Shown: in pieces, positions 18,507 through 27,950 of the stretch
Numbering within the stretch: position 1 is the first letter of the stretch
Layout of the letters: each line of letters opens with the position of its first letter
NCBI GenBank assembly: GCA_015063725.1
Contig: SVTP01000003.1
Span: forward strand, 23,194-87,193
Reading direction: 5' to 3'
From: Oscillospiraceae bacterium
GTDB taxonomy: Bacteria; Bacillota; Clostridia; Oscillospirales; CAG-272
DNA: 64,000 nucleotides
Program-made: the position numbers and the translations under genes
The notes under the pieces: model-generated
Told to the model about the DNA's origin: nothing
Seen by the model: only the letters and a program-made list of their open reading frames with translations
Database searches by the model: none

Positions 18507-19319
18507 TTACATTTTATAAATTCTCACAGCATTCTCGGAAAGAATCATTGTGCGTTCTTCGTCGGTCAATTTGAGCTTCATAAAAGTTTCAAGCTCGACC
18601 TCGGGAGACCACATCGGAAAATCGCTACCGAACATGACGCGCTCCGCACCGTAGCGGTGAATCAGTCTCTCGCCAAGGGCGAGATCGTTCCCTGCAAACG
18701 GAAAGGTTGAGGAACAATCGACGTATAGGTTTGGAATATCGCAAAGCTCGCGCGAGGCATCGTCCCACACCGACCATCCGCCAAAATGCGCGCCAATGAC
18801 TGTCAATTTTGGAAACGCTTTGAGCACAGGCAAAAGGCGGTTGGGATTGGAATAATCGTAACGATGGTCACCTGTGTGCATCAGGACAGCAAGCCCTTCA
18901 CTCTCGCACAGTTCATACACGCGCATCATACGAGGGTCATCAATGGCAAACCCTTGAATATCAGGGTGAATTTTGATGCCGTGAAGTCCCAATGCTTTGA
19001 TCTCTGCAATAACGGCATCCTGATCTTCACAATCGGGATGCGCCGCGCCAAGTCCCGTAAAACGGTCGGGCGCCTTTGCCACCTCGGCGGCAATAAAGTG
19101 ATTGATGCTGGAGACCTGCTTGGGCGTGGTTGCCACAGATTGCACCACAAAACGGTCGATGCCAACGCGGTCGCCAATCTCCAAAAGCTCGGCGGCAACG
19201 CCACGGCAGGCGGCGTGGGTGGAATAAAACGCATCCGTCCCCGCAACCGCTCTGTCTACAATCTTTTCGGGATAGATATGACAATGCGCGTCAATAACCT
19301 GAAATTTGTTCTCTATCAT
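18507..19319 (-). CDS. amidohydrolase-2 (PF04909-like) TIM-barrel metal hydrolase/decarboxylase family protein
   Basis: 270 aa with an N-terminal IDAHCHIYP metal motif, HTGD and GSDFP. Confidence 0.75.
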   Translation of the reverse strand: MIENKFQVIDAHCHIYPEKIVDRAVAGTDAFYSTHAACRGVAAELLEIGDRVGIDRFVVQSVATTPKQVSSINHFIAAEVAKAPDRFTGLGAAHPDCEDQDAVIAEIKALGLHGIKIHPDIQGFAIDDPRMMRVYELCESEGLAVLMHTGDHRYDYSNPNRLLPVLKAFPKLTVIGAHFGGWSVWDDASRELCDIPNLYVDCSSTFPFAGNDLALGERLIHRYGAERVMFGSDFPMWSPEVELETFMKLKLTDEERTMILSENAVRIYKM

Positions 19320-19325
19320 TTTGTA

Positions 19326-21833
19326 TCATCCTTTTTTCAGTCCCAGCTTTTCAACGGCATCCTCGCGCATTTTGTACTTGAGGATCTTGCCTGCGGCATT
19401 CATTGGGAACTTGTCAACAAAATCAACGTATCTGGGCACCTTGTGGCGCGCCATACTTGCGGCTACAAAGTCTTTCATCTCCTGCTCGGTCATGCTCTCG
19501 CCATCTTTGAGGATGATACAAGCCATAATTTCCTCACCGTATTTTTCGTCGGGAACGCCGATGACCTGCACGTCGCTGACCTTGGGACAGGTGTAGATAA
19601 ATTCTTCGATCTCTTTGGGATAAATGTTTTCACCGCCGCGAATGATCATATCCTTGAGGCGCCCCGTAATGCGGTAGTTGCCGTCATCATCACGGCAAGC
19701 AAGGTCTCCTGTGTGGAGCCAACCGTCGGCATCAATGGCAGACGCGGTCGCCTGCGGCATTTTGTAATATCCCTTCATAATGTTGTATCCACGCGCCACA
19801 AACTCACCGTTGACACCGTTGGGACAGTCCTCGCCCGTTTCGGGATCGATGATCTTGCACTCAACGTTTGCAAAAACACTGCCTACGGTTTCGGTGCGGA
19901 CCTCCAACGAGTCATAATAGGAGCTCATCGTGCATCCGGGAGAGGCTTCGGTCTGACCGTAAACCGAGACGATCTCTTTCATATTCATAACCTCGGTTGC
20001 CTTTTTCATCAGGTCGGCAGGACAGTTGGAGCCTGCCATAATACCGATGCGCATATAGGAGAAATCGGTTGCGGCAAAGTCGGGATGCTCCATCATTGCA
20101 ATGAACATGGTGGGCACGCCGTTAAAGGCGGTGATGTGCTCGTTGTGCACGCAAGCCAGCGCGGGCTTGGGTGAAAAGTACGGCAGCGGCATCATGGTAG
20201 CGCCGTGCGTCATCGATGCGGTCATTGAAAGAACCATACCAAAGCAGTGGAACATGGGAACTTGGATCATCATGCGGTCAGCGGTGGAAAGGTCCATATG
20301 GTCGCCAATGTATTTGCCGTTGTTGACGACGTTGTAGTGTGTCAGCATAACGCCCTTGGGAAATCCAGTAGTGCCCGAGGTGTATTGCATGTTGCAAACG
20401 TCATCCTTATTGACAGCGGCTGCCATGCGGTAGACCTCGCTGACGGGTACCTGTGCGGCACGCTCAACGGCTTCATTCCAATCCATACATCCCTTTTGTC
20501 TGAAGCCAACGGTAATAACGTTGCGCAAAAACGGCAGGCGCTTGCTATGCAGAGCAGCGCCCGGCTTGAGCCTTGCCAATTCGGGGCAAAGCTCGGCAAT
20601 GATCTTGCCGTAGTGCGTATCCTTGGATCCCTCGGTCAAAATCAGGGTGTGTGTGTCGGATTGCTTGAGCAGATATTCTGCCTCGTGAATTTTATAAGCG
20701 GTATTGACAGTGACAAGCACGGCACCGAGCTTTACGGTTGCCCAAAAAGCAATGTACCATTGCGGCACGTTGGATGCCCAAACGGCGACATGGGAGCCTG
20801 CCTTGACGCCCAGCGCGATCAGGGAGCGCGCAAATTCGTCTACGTCATCGCGGAATTCGCTATACGTGCGCGTATAGTCGAGCGTGGTGTATTTGAAAGC
20901 GTATTGATCGGGAAATTCCTCGACCATGCGGTCAAGCACCTGCGAGAAGGTTGCATCGATCAAGAGATCCTTCTTCCAAACATACTTACCCGTATGTGCG
21001 CGGTTGTAATACAAGGTCTTTTCATTGCGTGAGGGATCGCTGAACTGGCTCATAAAGCCGACAAACTGCGAGAAGATGATCTCCATATCATCAAGCTCCT
21101 CACACCAGGCGGGATCCCAGACAAGGGAGAGGAAGCCGTCATAGTTGACGGAGCGCAAAGCAAGCATCATATCCTTGATAGGCAATTCTCCCTCACCAAG
21201 CAGACAGTATTCAATGCTATCCCCTGCTCTTTTTGCATCGTTGATATGCACGTGGCGAACGTACGCACCAAGATTTTTGATGATCTGCTCGGGACTCTCT
21301 CCTCCCTCAAAATATGCAGCGGAAAGATTCCAAAGAGATGCAAAGTAATCACTGGCAAAGCTATCCAACATCGCGCGTAGCTTTTCGGTCTTTGCAAAAA
21401 GTCCTGCCGTCTCCATCAAAAGCGAAATGCCGCGGCTCTCTGCCTCGGGCAGGAGTTCTGCAATCACTGCCTCTGTGTTGGTAAGTGCACTCTCCTCGTC
21501 CTCTGCGGCATTGGCGCGAATGCGAATGTTGGGGATATGCAAATTGGATGCGATCTCCATGCACTTGCGAATTTCGGCAATGCAGGCATCCTTTTCGTTC
21601 TTGTCAGACGGATTGCAGATGGCATCGATGCACGGAATGCGCAGCTTCTTTTCGTAGAGACGGCGAATGGTGGATGCGGCGGCGTAATTATAGAAGGCAC
21701 CGTCTTTATCAGCAAACAGGCTGTTTTTTATGTTGTGAAGCTCAATGCCCCCAAAGCCCATTGCCGTGGCGATGTCGCAAAAATCTTCAAAGGTGTGGCC
21801 GTGCCAGCCCTTTGTTGAAAAGGAAAATTTCAT
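19326..21833 (-). CDS. fusion protein: xylose-isomerase-like TIM barrel + AMP-forming acyl-CoA ligase
   Basis: 835 aa. The first roughly 270 aa resemble sugar-phosphate isomerase/epimerase TIM barrels (GFGGIELHN, HVHINDA). The remainder is an adenylate-forming ligase (YTSGTTGFPKGVMLTH, YGQTE, TGDLACRDDDGNYRITGRLKDMIIRGGENIYP). Confidence 0.8.
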   Translation of the reverse strand: MKFSFSTKGWHGHTFEDFCDIATAMGFGGIELHNIKNSLFADKDGAFYNYAAASTIRRLYEKKLRIPCIDAICNPSDKNEKDACIAEIRKCMEIASNLHIPNIRIRANAAEDEESALTNTEAVIAELLPEAESRGISLLMETAGLFAKTEKLRAMLDSFASDYFASLWNLSAAYFEGGESPEQIIKNLGAYVRHVHINDAKRAGDSIEYCLLGEGELPIKDMMLALRSVNYDGFLSLVWDPAWCEELDDMEIIFSQFVGFMSQFSDPSRNEKTLYYNRAHTGKYVWKKDLLIDATFSQVLDRMVEEFPDQYAFKYTTLDYTRTYSEFRDDVDEFARSLIALGVKAGSHVAVWASNVPQWYIAFWATVKLGAVLVTVNTAYKIHEAEYLLKQSDTHTLILTEGSKDTHYGKIIAELCPELARLKPGAALHSKRLPFLRNVITVGFRQKGCMDWNEAVERAAQVPVSEVYRMAAAVNKDDVCNMQYTSGTTGFPKGVMLTHYNVVNNGKYIGDHMDLSTADRMMIQVPMFHCFGMVLSMTASMTHGATMMPLPYFSPKPALACVHNEHITAFNGVPTMFIAMMEHPDFAATDFSYMRIGIMAGSNCPADLMKKATEVMNMKEIVSVYGQTEASPGCTMSSYYDSLEVRTETVGSVFANVECKIIDPETGEDCPNGVNGEFVARGYNIMKGYYKMPQATASAIDADGWLHTGDLACRDDDGNYRITGRLKDMIIRGGENIYPKEIEEFIYTCPKVSDVQVIGVPDEKYGEEIMACIILKDGESMTEQEMKDFVAASMARHKVPRYVDFVDKFPMNAAGKILKYKMREDAVEKLGLKKG

Positions 21834-23215
21834 TGCGCGGCCTCCTCGTAAACGATCTTGTTAACGGCGTTGATATAGGCACGGATGCCTGCACCGATGA
21901 TGTCGGTGGAAATACCGTTGCCCGAATAGAGCTTTCCGTCGGAGCGAAGCTTAACGAGCGCCGAGCCCATAGCTTCTGTACCCTCGGTAACGGCTTGGAT
22001 CTGGAAATCATCCAACTCATAACGGTAGCCGATGATCTGCTCGATGGCAGAAAATGCGGCATCAATTGGACCGTCGCCAATGCAAATGCCCGTCAGATCC
22101 TTTCCGTCCTTGCGCAGCGTGATCTGCGCACTTGTGGAAATGATATTGCCGCTGTTGACAACGTAATTGACAAGCTCATACGTGGGCGGAACCTGCAATG
22201 CCACGCTTGCAACGATGGCTTCCAGCTCCTTTGCCCCTACCTTCTTTTTGGCGGCTACGCGTAAAAATTCTTGATAAACAAGAGATTTATCTTCTTCGGA
22301 AAGATCGTACCCCAGCTTTGCAACGGCTGTAGCTACGGTGTCCTTATCGTCGTTGGCATCCAGATGGATGGGTTCGTCGTCGGGAGTGGCAGAAGTGATG
22401 CTTCCCTTTGCGCTCTTGACGTTATCCAGCACCCAGCCGATCTGCTTTACCGTACGATGAAGCTCGGTATAGCGGATATCGGAATAAAAGCCGTAGCGGT
22501 TGCCGCAATTTTTGACCATGGCGGCAAAGCTCTCAAGCGAAACACCTGCCTCGCCTACGGCTGTTTTAACACCCGATGCGCCTGCGCGGATCGCCATAAT
22601 AGCATTCGCACAAGCCATACTGTTTTGATTGGAACAACGAACGTTGACGGGAACGTTGATATTCTCGGCAATCTTCTTCACGAAATCTGCAAAATCATCG
22701 GGGAGCATTTCTCCTGCATCATCGCAAAGAGTAACCTCACAAGCACCTGCCGCAATAGCGGTGTTGATAACAGAAGCAAGGAATGCAGGCTCTGCACGGG
22801 AAGCATCCAAAGCGCAAAACTCAACCGAGGAGCACTGCTCTTTTGCAAAGGTGACGATCTTCTCTACCCATGCAATCATCTTATCGGGCTTTTTGTGGCA
22901 AACGTACTCCATGCTGACAGGAGAGGTGGGCAGCTCAATGCGAATGCGCGGATAGAGTGCGGTAGAAAGTGCCGCTTTTGCATTTTCGACGCTCTCAACC
23001 GTCATACCTGCCGCCACGGAGATGGTGCTCTTTTTAACAAAGGTCGAAATCGTTTTGATCAGCAGTGTATCAATGCGCACGTTTTGAATTTCGGGCAGCT
23101 CGATAATGTCCCCATCCAGCTTTTCAAGCTGACGGGCGATATCGATCTTTTCTTTAAAGCTAAAGGCATTGTCTGCTCGGCAAAGCGTAGCGTCTGCAAT
23201 TCTGATTCTTTTCAT
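21830..23215 (-). CDS. 2-isopropylmalate synthase homolog with degenerate catalytic motifs
   Basis: 461 aa with a DRE-TIM-like N-terminal half and a LeuA-type C-terminal regulatory domain (GDGPIDAAFSAIEQI, IQAVTEGTEAMG, GISTDIIGAGIRAY). The TLRDGEQ motif is replaced by TLCRADN, and HxH(D) by RCSNQ. Confidence 0.8.
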   Translation of the reverse strand: MKRIRIADATLCRADNAFSFKEKIDIARQLEKLDGDIIELPEIQNVRIDTLLIKTISTFVKKSTISVAAGMTVESVENAKAALSTALYPRIRIELPTSPVSMEYVCHKKPDKMIAWVEKIVTFAKEQCSSVEFCALDASRAEPAFLASVINTAIAAGACEVTLCDDAGEMLPDDFADFVKKIAENINVPVNVRCSNQNSMACANAIMAIRAGASGVKTAVGEAGVSLESFAAMVKNCGNRYGFYSDIRYTELHRTVKQIGWVLDNVKSAKGSITSATPDDEPIHLDANDDKDTVATAVAKLGYDLSEEDKSLVYQEFLRVAAKKKVGAKELEAIVASVALQVPPTYELVNYVVNSGNIISTSAQITLRKDGKDLTGICIGDGPIDAAFSAIEQIIGYRYELDDFQIQAVTEGTEAMGSALVKLRSDGKLYSGNGISTDIIGAGIRAYINAVNKIVYEEAAQ

Positions 23216-23255
23216 GGTTTCAAATCTCCTCTTCCATCATTTCCGCCCCGATAAA

Positions 23256-23530
23256 TCAAAAGTCCCCGAGACGGATGCATAATCCACCTCGGGGACGAAT
23301 GTTCTCATTCGCGGTACCACCCCGGTTACCGAACAAGTCGGTCACCTCAAAGGCTCAGGCAAGCCCTATGCTATGATAACGGTGCATGCCGTGACCGCTT
23401 ACTAAAGGTTCTGCGGTCCTGCTCCGGAACGAGACTTTCTTCTCTTTCGGTAACGGCTCACACCAAGCGCCGCCTCTCTGAAACCGATATGGGAGAAAAA
23501 ATAATTCCTTCAACGCATTTCAAAAAAATA
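23256..23530 (-). promoter_or_regulatory. T-box riboswitch leader, specifier read as CUC (Leu)
   Basis: On the minus strand: a K-turn (GUUGAA/GGA), an AGAGAG bulge, a CGGC-GCUUGGUGUGA-GCCG distal loop, the T-box core CCGGGGUGGUACCGCG (23310-23325) and a terminator GUCCCCGAG...CUCGGGGAC+UUUU (23258-23297). The specifier CUC-G lies at 23430-23433. Confidence 0.8.
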
Positions 23531-23536
23531 TGCTTT

Positions 23537-23565
23537 ATTATACCATTTACAATGGTATTTGTCAA
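23537..23565 (-). promoter_or_regulatory. sigma-A promoter of the Leu T-box unit
   Basis: TTGACA (23560-23565), a 17-nt spacer, then TATAAT (23537-23542). Confidence 0.6.
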
Positions 23566-23587
23566 GGTTTTTTTGAAATTTTTTCAA

Positions 23588-24658
23588 TTATTTTTCAATG
23601 GGATATGTCCAGCCGTAAGTGTCCTCGATTTTGCCCCATTGAATGCCTGTCAAGGTATCGTACAGATGTTGGGTAACGGTACCGATCTTGCCACCGTTAA
23701 CGGGATATTGTACGCCCTTGTAGCAAAGCTCGCCAATGGGAGAGACAACTGCAGCAGTTCCGCAGCCCCATGCTTCCTCAAGTGTGCCATTTTCAAGCGC
23801 TTCGGAAAGCTCACCGATAGAGAGCAGACGCTCGCTGACCTTGTAGCCCTCGCCCTTGAGAACCTCGATGCAGGATTTGCGCGTGATACCGGGCAGAATG
23901 GAGCCGGTCAGAGCGGGCGTGACGATCTCGCCGTTGATCTTGAACATAACGTTCATAGCGCCGACTTCTTCGATATACTTGCGTTCCACACCGTCAAGCC
24001 ACAAAACCTGAGAGTATCCCTTTTGTGCGGCTCTCTCACCGGCTCTGTTACTTGCGGCATAGTTACCGCCGCATTTTGCATAACCTGTACCGCCTCTGAC
24101 AGCACGAACATCCTCGTCCTCGATCATGATGCGAACGGGATTGATGCCCTCTTTGTAGTAGCTTCCTACGGGAGAAGCGATGATAACAAAGGTTGCGTTG
24201 TGAACTGCGTGAACACCCAAGGTCTCATCGTTTCCAAACAGGAACGGACGCAGATAAAGCGAGGTTCCGGGAGCGGACGGTGTCCAGTCCTGCTCCATTT
24301 CCACAAAGGTCAAAAGAGCCTGAAGCATATCTTCCTCGGGCATTTGCGGCAGGCACAAACGCTCGGCAGAGTTGTTCATGCGGCGAATGTTCTCCAAAGG
24401 GCGGAAGAGCTGAACCTTGCCGTCGGCACGGCGGTAAGCTTTCAGTCCTTCAAAGATCTCGGAGCCATAGTGCAGAACGGTGGATGCAGGATGGAGAGAA
24501 ATGTTTGCAAAAGGCACGATGCGCGCATTGTGCCAACCCATCTCGTGGGAATAGTCCGCCATAAACATATGGTCGGTAAAGATCTTGCCAAAGCCAAGCG
24601 TAGAAGGATCCGGCTTTGCCTTGGGAGCATCACATTTTGTAATGGAAATATTGAGCAT
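23588..24658 (-). CDS. ilvE: branched-chain amino acid aminotransferase
   Basis: 356 aa with FGKIFTDHMF, ASTVLHYGSEIFEGLKAYR, the PLP-Lys context, GTGYAKCGGNYA and PGITRKS. Confidence 0.9.
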   Translation of the reverse strand: MLNISITKCDAPKAKPDPSTLGFGKIFTDHMFMADYSHEMGWHNARIVPFANISLHPASTVLHYGSEIFEGLKAYRRADGKVQLFRPLENIRRMNNSAERLCLPQMPEEDMLQALLTFVEMEQDWTPSAPGTSLYLRPFLFGNDETLGVHAVHNATFVIIASPVGSYYKEGINPVRIMIEDEDVRAVRGGTGYAKCGGNYAASNRAGERAAQKGYSQVLWLDGVERKYIEEVGAMNVMFKINGEIVTPALTGSILPGITRKSCIEVLKGEGYKVSERLLSIGELSEALENGTLEEAWGCGTAAVVSPIGELCYKGVQYPVNGGKIGTVTQHLYDTLTGIQWGKIEDTYGWTYPIEK

Positions 24659-24685
24659 AGTACTTCCCCTTTCTGCAATTTGTTA

Positions 24686-25219
24686 TCAGTTTTCGGCACC
24701 GATGCGCATAGCGCCAAGATTGATCTCCAGCATGTCGGCACGCTTTGCGGAGATAACTTTTTTCAGTGCAGCGGTGATGTTTTCTTCGTTATAGTCGCCA
24801 ATTTCCTTGAGAACCTTGCCAACAATGATCATATTTGCCAGCGTGGGAGTTCCGTTATCGCTTGCCAGCTGCGTTGCAGGAATGTAGAATACCTGAACGT
24901 CATCGCGTGCGACCTTGCGCTCAATGAGCGTGGAGTCCGCAAAGATCATACCGCCGGGCACAACGGTCGATTCAAACTTATCAAGAGAAGGCAGATTCAT
25001 GGCGATCAGGATATCGGGATTGGAAACGATAGGAGAACCAACAGGCTCATCGCTCACGATGACACTGCAGCTTGCAGTACCGCCGCGCATTTCGGGACCG
25101 TAGGACGGAAGCCAGCTGACCTGTTTATCTTCCATCAAGCCCTTGTATGCAATAAATTTACCGGCAAACAGAATGCCCTGTCCGCCAAAGCCGGAAAACA
25201 GCATTTGCTTTGTACTCAT
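24686..25219 (-). CDS. 2-oxoacid:ferredoxin oxidoreductase, gamma subunit
   Basis: 177 aa with [14 protein letters not shown], typical of the gamma subunit. It has an ATGA overlap with the beta gene. Confidence 0.85.
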   Translation of the reverse strand: MSTKQMLFSGFGGQGILFAGKFIAYKGLMEDKQVSWLPSYGPEMRGGTASCSVIVSDEPVGSPIVSNPDILIAMNLPSLDKFESTVVPGGMIFADSTLIERKVARDDVQVFYIPATQLASDNGTPTLANMIIVGKVLKEIGDYNEENITAALKKVISAKRADMLEINLGAMRIGAEN

Positions 25220-25974
25220 TTTGCCGATTCCTCCTTTGCACTTCTATCCTTATAGACACCCAAGGGATAGTACGGAATCATCTTTTCGTCAATCCATTGG
25301 AGAGCCTTCTGAGGTGTCATACCCCAGTTGGTGGGACAGGTGGAAAGGACCTCTACCAGAGAAAAGCCCTTGCCATCAATTTGGTTTTGGAATGCCTTTT
25401 TGATCGCCTTTTTGGCGTTATTTACGTTCTTTACATTGTTGACCGTTACGCGAGCAAGATACTCGGGGCCTTCCAATTCAGAGAGCATTTCGCACACGCG
25501 GATCGGGAAACCGCAGTGATTGGTGTCACGTCCGTAAGGAGAGGTCTGTGTTACCTGTCCGGGCAGCGACGTAGGTGCCATCTGACCGCCGGTCATGCCG
25601 TAAATTGCGTTGTTGATAAAGATAATGGTGATGTTTTCGTTTCTTGCAGCGGCATGAACAGTCTCCGCCATACCGATGGATGCGAGGTCACCGTCACCCT
25701 GATAGGTGAACACGATGTGCTCCTCGGGATTTGCGCGTTTTACACCGGTGGCAACTGCAGGGGCTCTGCCGTGTGCCGCCTCGATCATATCACAGTTAAA
25801 ATAGTTATAAGCCATAACCGAGCAACCAACGGGAGCAATACCGATGGTTCTGCCTTCGATACCAAGCTCGTCAATGACCTCGGCTACCAGACGGTGAATG
25901 ATGCCGTGGGTGCAGCCGGGACAATAGTGAAAAGGTGCATCGGTCAGGGCGTGGGGCTTTTTGAATACAACCAT
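25216..25974 (-). CDS. 2-oxoacid:ferredoxin oxidoreductase, beta (TPP-binding) subunit
   Basis: MVVFKKPHALTDAPFHYCPGCTHG... and GDGDLASIG (the TPP/Mg motif). I chose the ATG at 25974, which overlaps the alpha stop as TAATG. Confidence 0.85.
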   Translation of the reverse strand: MVVFKKPHALTDAPFHYCPGCTHGIIHRLVAEVIDELGIEGRTIGIAPVGCSVMAYNYFNCDMIEAAHGRAPAVATGVKRANPEEHIVFTYQGDGDLASIGMAETVHAAARNENITIIFINNAIYGMTGGQMAPTSLPGQVTQTSPYGRDTNHCGFPIRVCEMLSELEGPEYLARVTVNNVKNVNNAKKAIKKAFQNQIDGKGFSLVEVLSTCPTNWGMTPQKALQWIDEKMIPYYPLGVYKDRSAKEESAK

Positions 25975-27050
25975 TAGTTTTCTCCTCCTTTCGCGGCTTT
26001 TTTGATCGCTTCGAGTACTTGCTCGGGGGACGGAATCATACCGCCTGCACGATTGCAAAGCGTTACAGGCTTTTTGCATTCGGTTGCAAGGCGTACATCC
26101 TCAATCATCTGTCCCATAGAAAGCTCAACAGAAATAAAGCTGTTGACCTTATCCGCAGCGCGACGGAAAACTTCCTTCGGGAAGGGCCAGAGCGTGATGG
26201 GACGGATCATGCCGACCTTAATTCCCTGTTTTCTTGCCTCGTTGATGGCGTTTTTGGATACGCGAGCGGCAATACCGAAGGCGGCAATGCAGATCTCGGC
26301 ATCGTCCATCATGTATTCCTCGTACAGAACCTCGTTTTCCTCGATGTAGCGGTAACGCTCATAGCGAGCAAAGTTGAACTGCTCAAGCTCCTCGGGAACG
26401 AGAGAGAGCGAATTGACAATGTTGTGGGGACGTTGCATTTTGGTGCCTGTGATTGCCCAAGGCTTTTCGGGAGCGGGCTTGACAACAAGATCATCAAGTG
26501 CCACGGGCTCCATCATCTGTCCCATGGTGCCGTCTGCCAAAATCATAGCGGTCATGCGGTAGGTGTCGGCAAGCTCAAAGCCCTTAACGGTCAGCTCTGC
26601 CATCTCTTGAACAGATGCAGGTGCGAGAACGATCATACGGAAGTCACCGTGACCGCCTGCCTTGGTTGCTTGGAAATAGTCGGATTGGCTGGGTTGAATG
26701 CCGCCAAGACCGGGACCGCCGCGTTGAACGTTGACAACGAGTGCAGGCAGATCAGAGCCTGCAAGGTAAGAAAGACCTTCGCTCTTGAGTGCGATTCCGG
26801 GACTGGAGGAAGAGGTCATAACGCGGTATCCCGTAGATGCTACGCCATAAACCATATTGATAGCCGCGATCTCGCTTTCGGCTTGCAGGAAGGTACCGCC
26901 AATCTTGGGCATCTTTTTTGCCATATAAGCCGCGATCTCGGTTTGAGGGGTGATGGGATAGCCAAAATAATGTCTGCAGCCTGCGTGAATTGCAGCCTCG
27001 GCAATGGCTTCGTTGCCTTTCATCAATACTTTATCTGCCATTTTGATCAC
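25974..27050 (-). CDS. 2-oxoacid:ferredoxin oxidoreductase, alpha subunit
   Basis: 358 aa with MKGNEAIAEAAIHAGCRHYFGYPITPQTEI and QAESEIAAINM. Confidence 0.85.
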   Translation of the reverse strand: MIKMADKVLMKGNEAIAEAAIHAGCRHYFGYPITPQTEIAAYMAKKMPKIGGTFLQAESEIAAINMVYGVASTGYRVMTSSSSPGIALKSEGLSYLAGSDLPALVVNVQRGGPGLGGIQPSQSDYFQATKAGGHGDFRMIVLAPASVQEMAELTVKGFELADTYRMTAMILADGTMGQMMEPVALDDLVVKPAPEKPWAITGTKMQRPHNIVNSLSLVPEELEQFNFARYERYRYIEENEVLYEEYMMDDAEICIAAFGIAARVSKNAINEARKQGIKVGMIRPITLWPFPKEVFRRAADKVNSFISVELSMGQMIEDVRLATECKKPVTLCNRAGGMIPSPEQVLEAIKKAAKGGEN

Positions 27051-27253
27051 CTCTCAACAGTAATAATGCAGTCGGGACACATCGTTGCACAGAAAGCACA
27101 GCCGATGCAAGCATCGGGGTTTTCTGCCTCTACGGGGTGATGTCCCTTTTTGTTGATCTTATCGGGTGCCAGACGAAGCACCTTTTTGGGGCAAGCGTCT
27201 ACACACAGACCGCAGCCCTTGCATTTATCGGTCAAAAACGTTAATTTTGCCAT
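27047..27253 (-). CDS. 2-oxoacid:ferredoxin oxidoreductase, delta (2x[4Fe-4S] ferredoxin) subunit
   Basis: 68 aa, MAKLTFLTDKCKGCGLCVDACP...CIGCAFCATMCP. It has an AAGGAG RBS and its stop has an ATGA overlap with the alpha start. Confidence 0.8.
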   Translation of the reverse strand: MAKLTFLTDKCKGCGLCVDACPKKVLRLAPDKINKKGHHPVEAENPDACIGCAFCATMCPDCIITVER

Positions 27254-27287
27254 TTTTATGTACTCCTTTGGGTAGGATTTAAAACAG

Positions 27288-27950
27288 TTACTGAATCTTT
27301 TTTTGCAGTTCAAGTGGGAAAAGATCAGGAATCTTCCCTTCCAGCTCACACTGCAGTTTTTGGTCTGCCGTTGTCATAACGACGGGCAAGCCCGACATAG
27401 CCGCCACCTCGTTGGCATAGGATACCGACCGAAGCACGTCCTCGGCAGTGGTCTCCACTCCGAGATTGGAGTTGTTGACCAATGCGGTAAATCGCATACC
27501 GCACGCGGTCTCGATCTCACGCATTACCTCAAGGGTGGATATCGCATCGCGCGTTAAGGGGCGGTAGCAGTTGATCACCATCAGCATTTCGTAATCATTC
27601 TCCGCCAAAATAGCGGGAGCGAGTCTGCCAAGCACCAAAGCACCGCGGTCGTCACCGCCCACGTCGATGATGGCGCGCATGCGGCGGTCATCGGTCAGGG
27701 CGTAGAGGTCGGGCGGAAGTGCGGGAATATCGACGTTGCTGTTTGCATAGTTGGAGCAAATGAGTCGAATGCCCGCCTCTTCCAGCTCGGCGGCACTGTC
27801 CTTGGAACGAAAATAAGGATTGACGATGTCAAGGTCGGCAAGCGTTACGGTTGGGTATTCCCTCTTGATGGCTTGTGCCAGATTGACGGCAATGTTGGTT
27901 TTGCCGCTGCCGTAATGTCCGCACAAGAGCAAAACGCGTTTGTTCATCAT
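27288..27950 (-). CDS. P-loop NTPase of unknown role (MinD/CooC/GPN-like layout)
   Basis: 220 aa with a deviant Walker A (LLCGHYGSGKTN), LADLDIVNPYF and a Walker-B-like IIDVGGDD. Its start overlaps the ligase stop as ATGA. Confidence 0.6.
   Translation of the reverse strand: MMNKRVLLLCGHYGSGKTNIAVNLAQAIKREYPTVTLADLDIVNPYFRSKDSAAELEEAGIRLICSNYANSNVDIPALPPDLYALTDDRRMRAIIDVGGDDRGALVLGRLAPAILAENDYEMLMVINCYRPLTRDAISTLEVMREIETACGMRFTALVNNSNLGVETTAEDVLRSVSYANEVAAMSGLPVVMTTADQKLQCELEGKIPDLFPLELQKKIQ

Noticed and set aside
23489-25255. 588-aa plus-strand ORF
   Set aside because: It is antisense to ilvE and the OFOR gamma subunit, and it would begin inside the Leu T-box leader and promoter. It has no domain signature.
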